Shown in pieces: positions 63,817 through 64,000 of a stretch of 64,000 bases of DNA (positions are counted from its first letter, which is position 1; each line of letters opens with the position of its first letter). This DNA comes from Octopus sinensis (lineage: Eukaryota): positions 11,656,001 to 11,720,000 of the forward strand of contig NC_043012.1 in assembly GCF_006345805.1 (NCBI RefSeq), given 5' to 3'. The notes beneath the pieces are model-generated. The model made no database searches, was not told where the DNA came from, and saw only the letters and a list, made by a program, of their open reading frames with translations. Made by a program: the position numbers and the translations under genes.

Positions 63817-64000
63817 CGCGGTGGTATCAAAATGTTCCCGGACTAGTTCTGTAACGCACCAATAGATGGCAGCACACGGTTGCGTGCGCAGTAAGAGCTA
63901 GCATTGACCTTCATGAAGCAGTGTGCTAAGTGACATCGCTGTGTTTACTTCGCAAGTTGTGTGAAATTTGTGTTTTTGTGATCACATGTATACTGTAGTC
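63817..64000 (+). mobile_element. Probable 5' end of another mariner (truncated by window edge)
   Basis: cgcggtggtatcaaaatgttcccggac resembles mariner TIRs; followed by tagatggcagcac, a motif common in mariner 5' UTRs. Confidence 0.5.

Overview
Eukaryotic, AT-rich, microsatellite-saturated DNA, intronic or intergenic. The SINE set and extreme (AT)n/(AC)n/(ATAC)n/(AGAT)n/(AAT)n density suggest an octopus or other coleoid cephalopod (inference from recalled repeat types, not a database hit). I recognise no intact host protein-coding gene. Most of the ORF track is translated microsatellite or antisense transposon sequence. The window is a layered transposon landscape: about five tRNA-derived or SINE-like families, R4/Dong, RTE, Tx1/L1 and CR1-type LINE fragments, Penelope-like (PLE) fragments, a full-length but mutated DD34D mariner (11553-12842), other Tc1/mariner remnants, several MITEs, a Helitron-like element and a modular foldback element. 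The most interesting signals are: (1) a textbook minimal hammerhead ribozyme at 16081-16123 (minus), plus a six-copy repeat family carrying a shared variant core (consensus CUGUNGA+A, palindromic stem III); (2) same-orientation chains of R4/Dong fragments and a non-coding partner separated by (TAA)n; (3) SINE multimers sharing one junction at three loci. A few candidate host exons and a possible promoter are reported at low confidence. Boundaries of degenerate repeats are approximate (about 10-30 bp).
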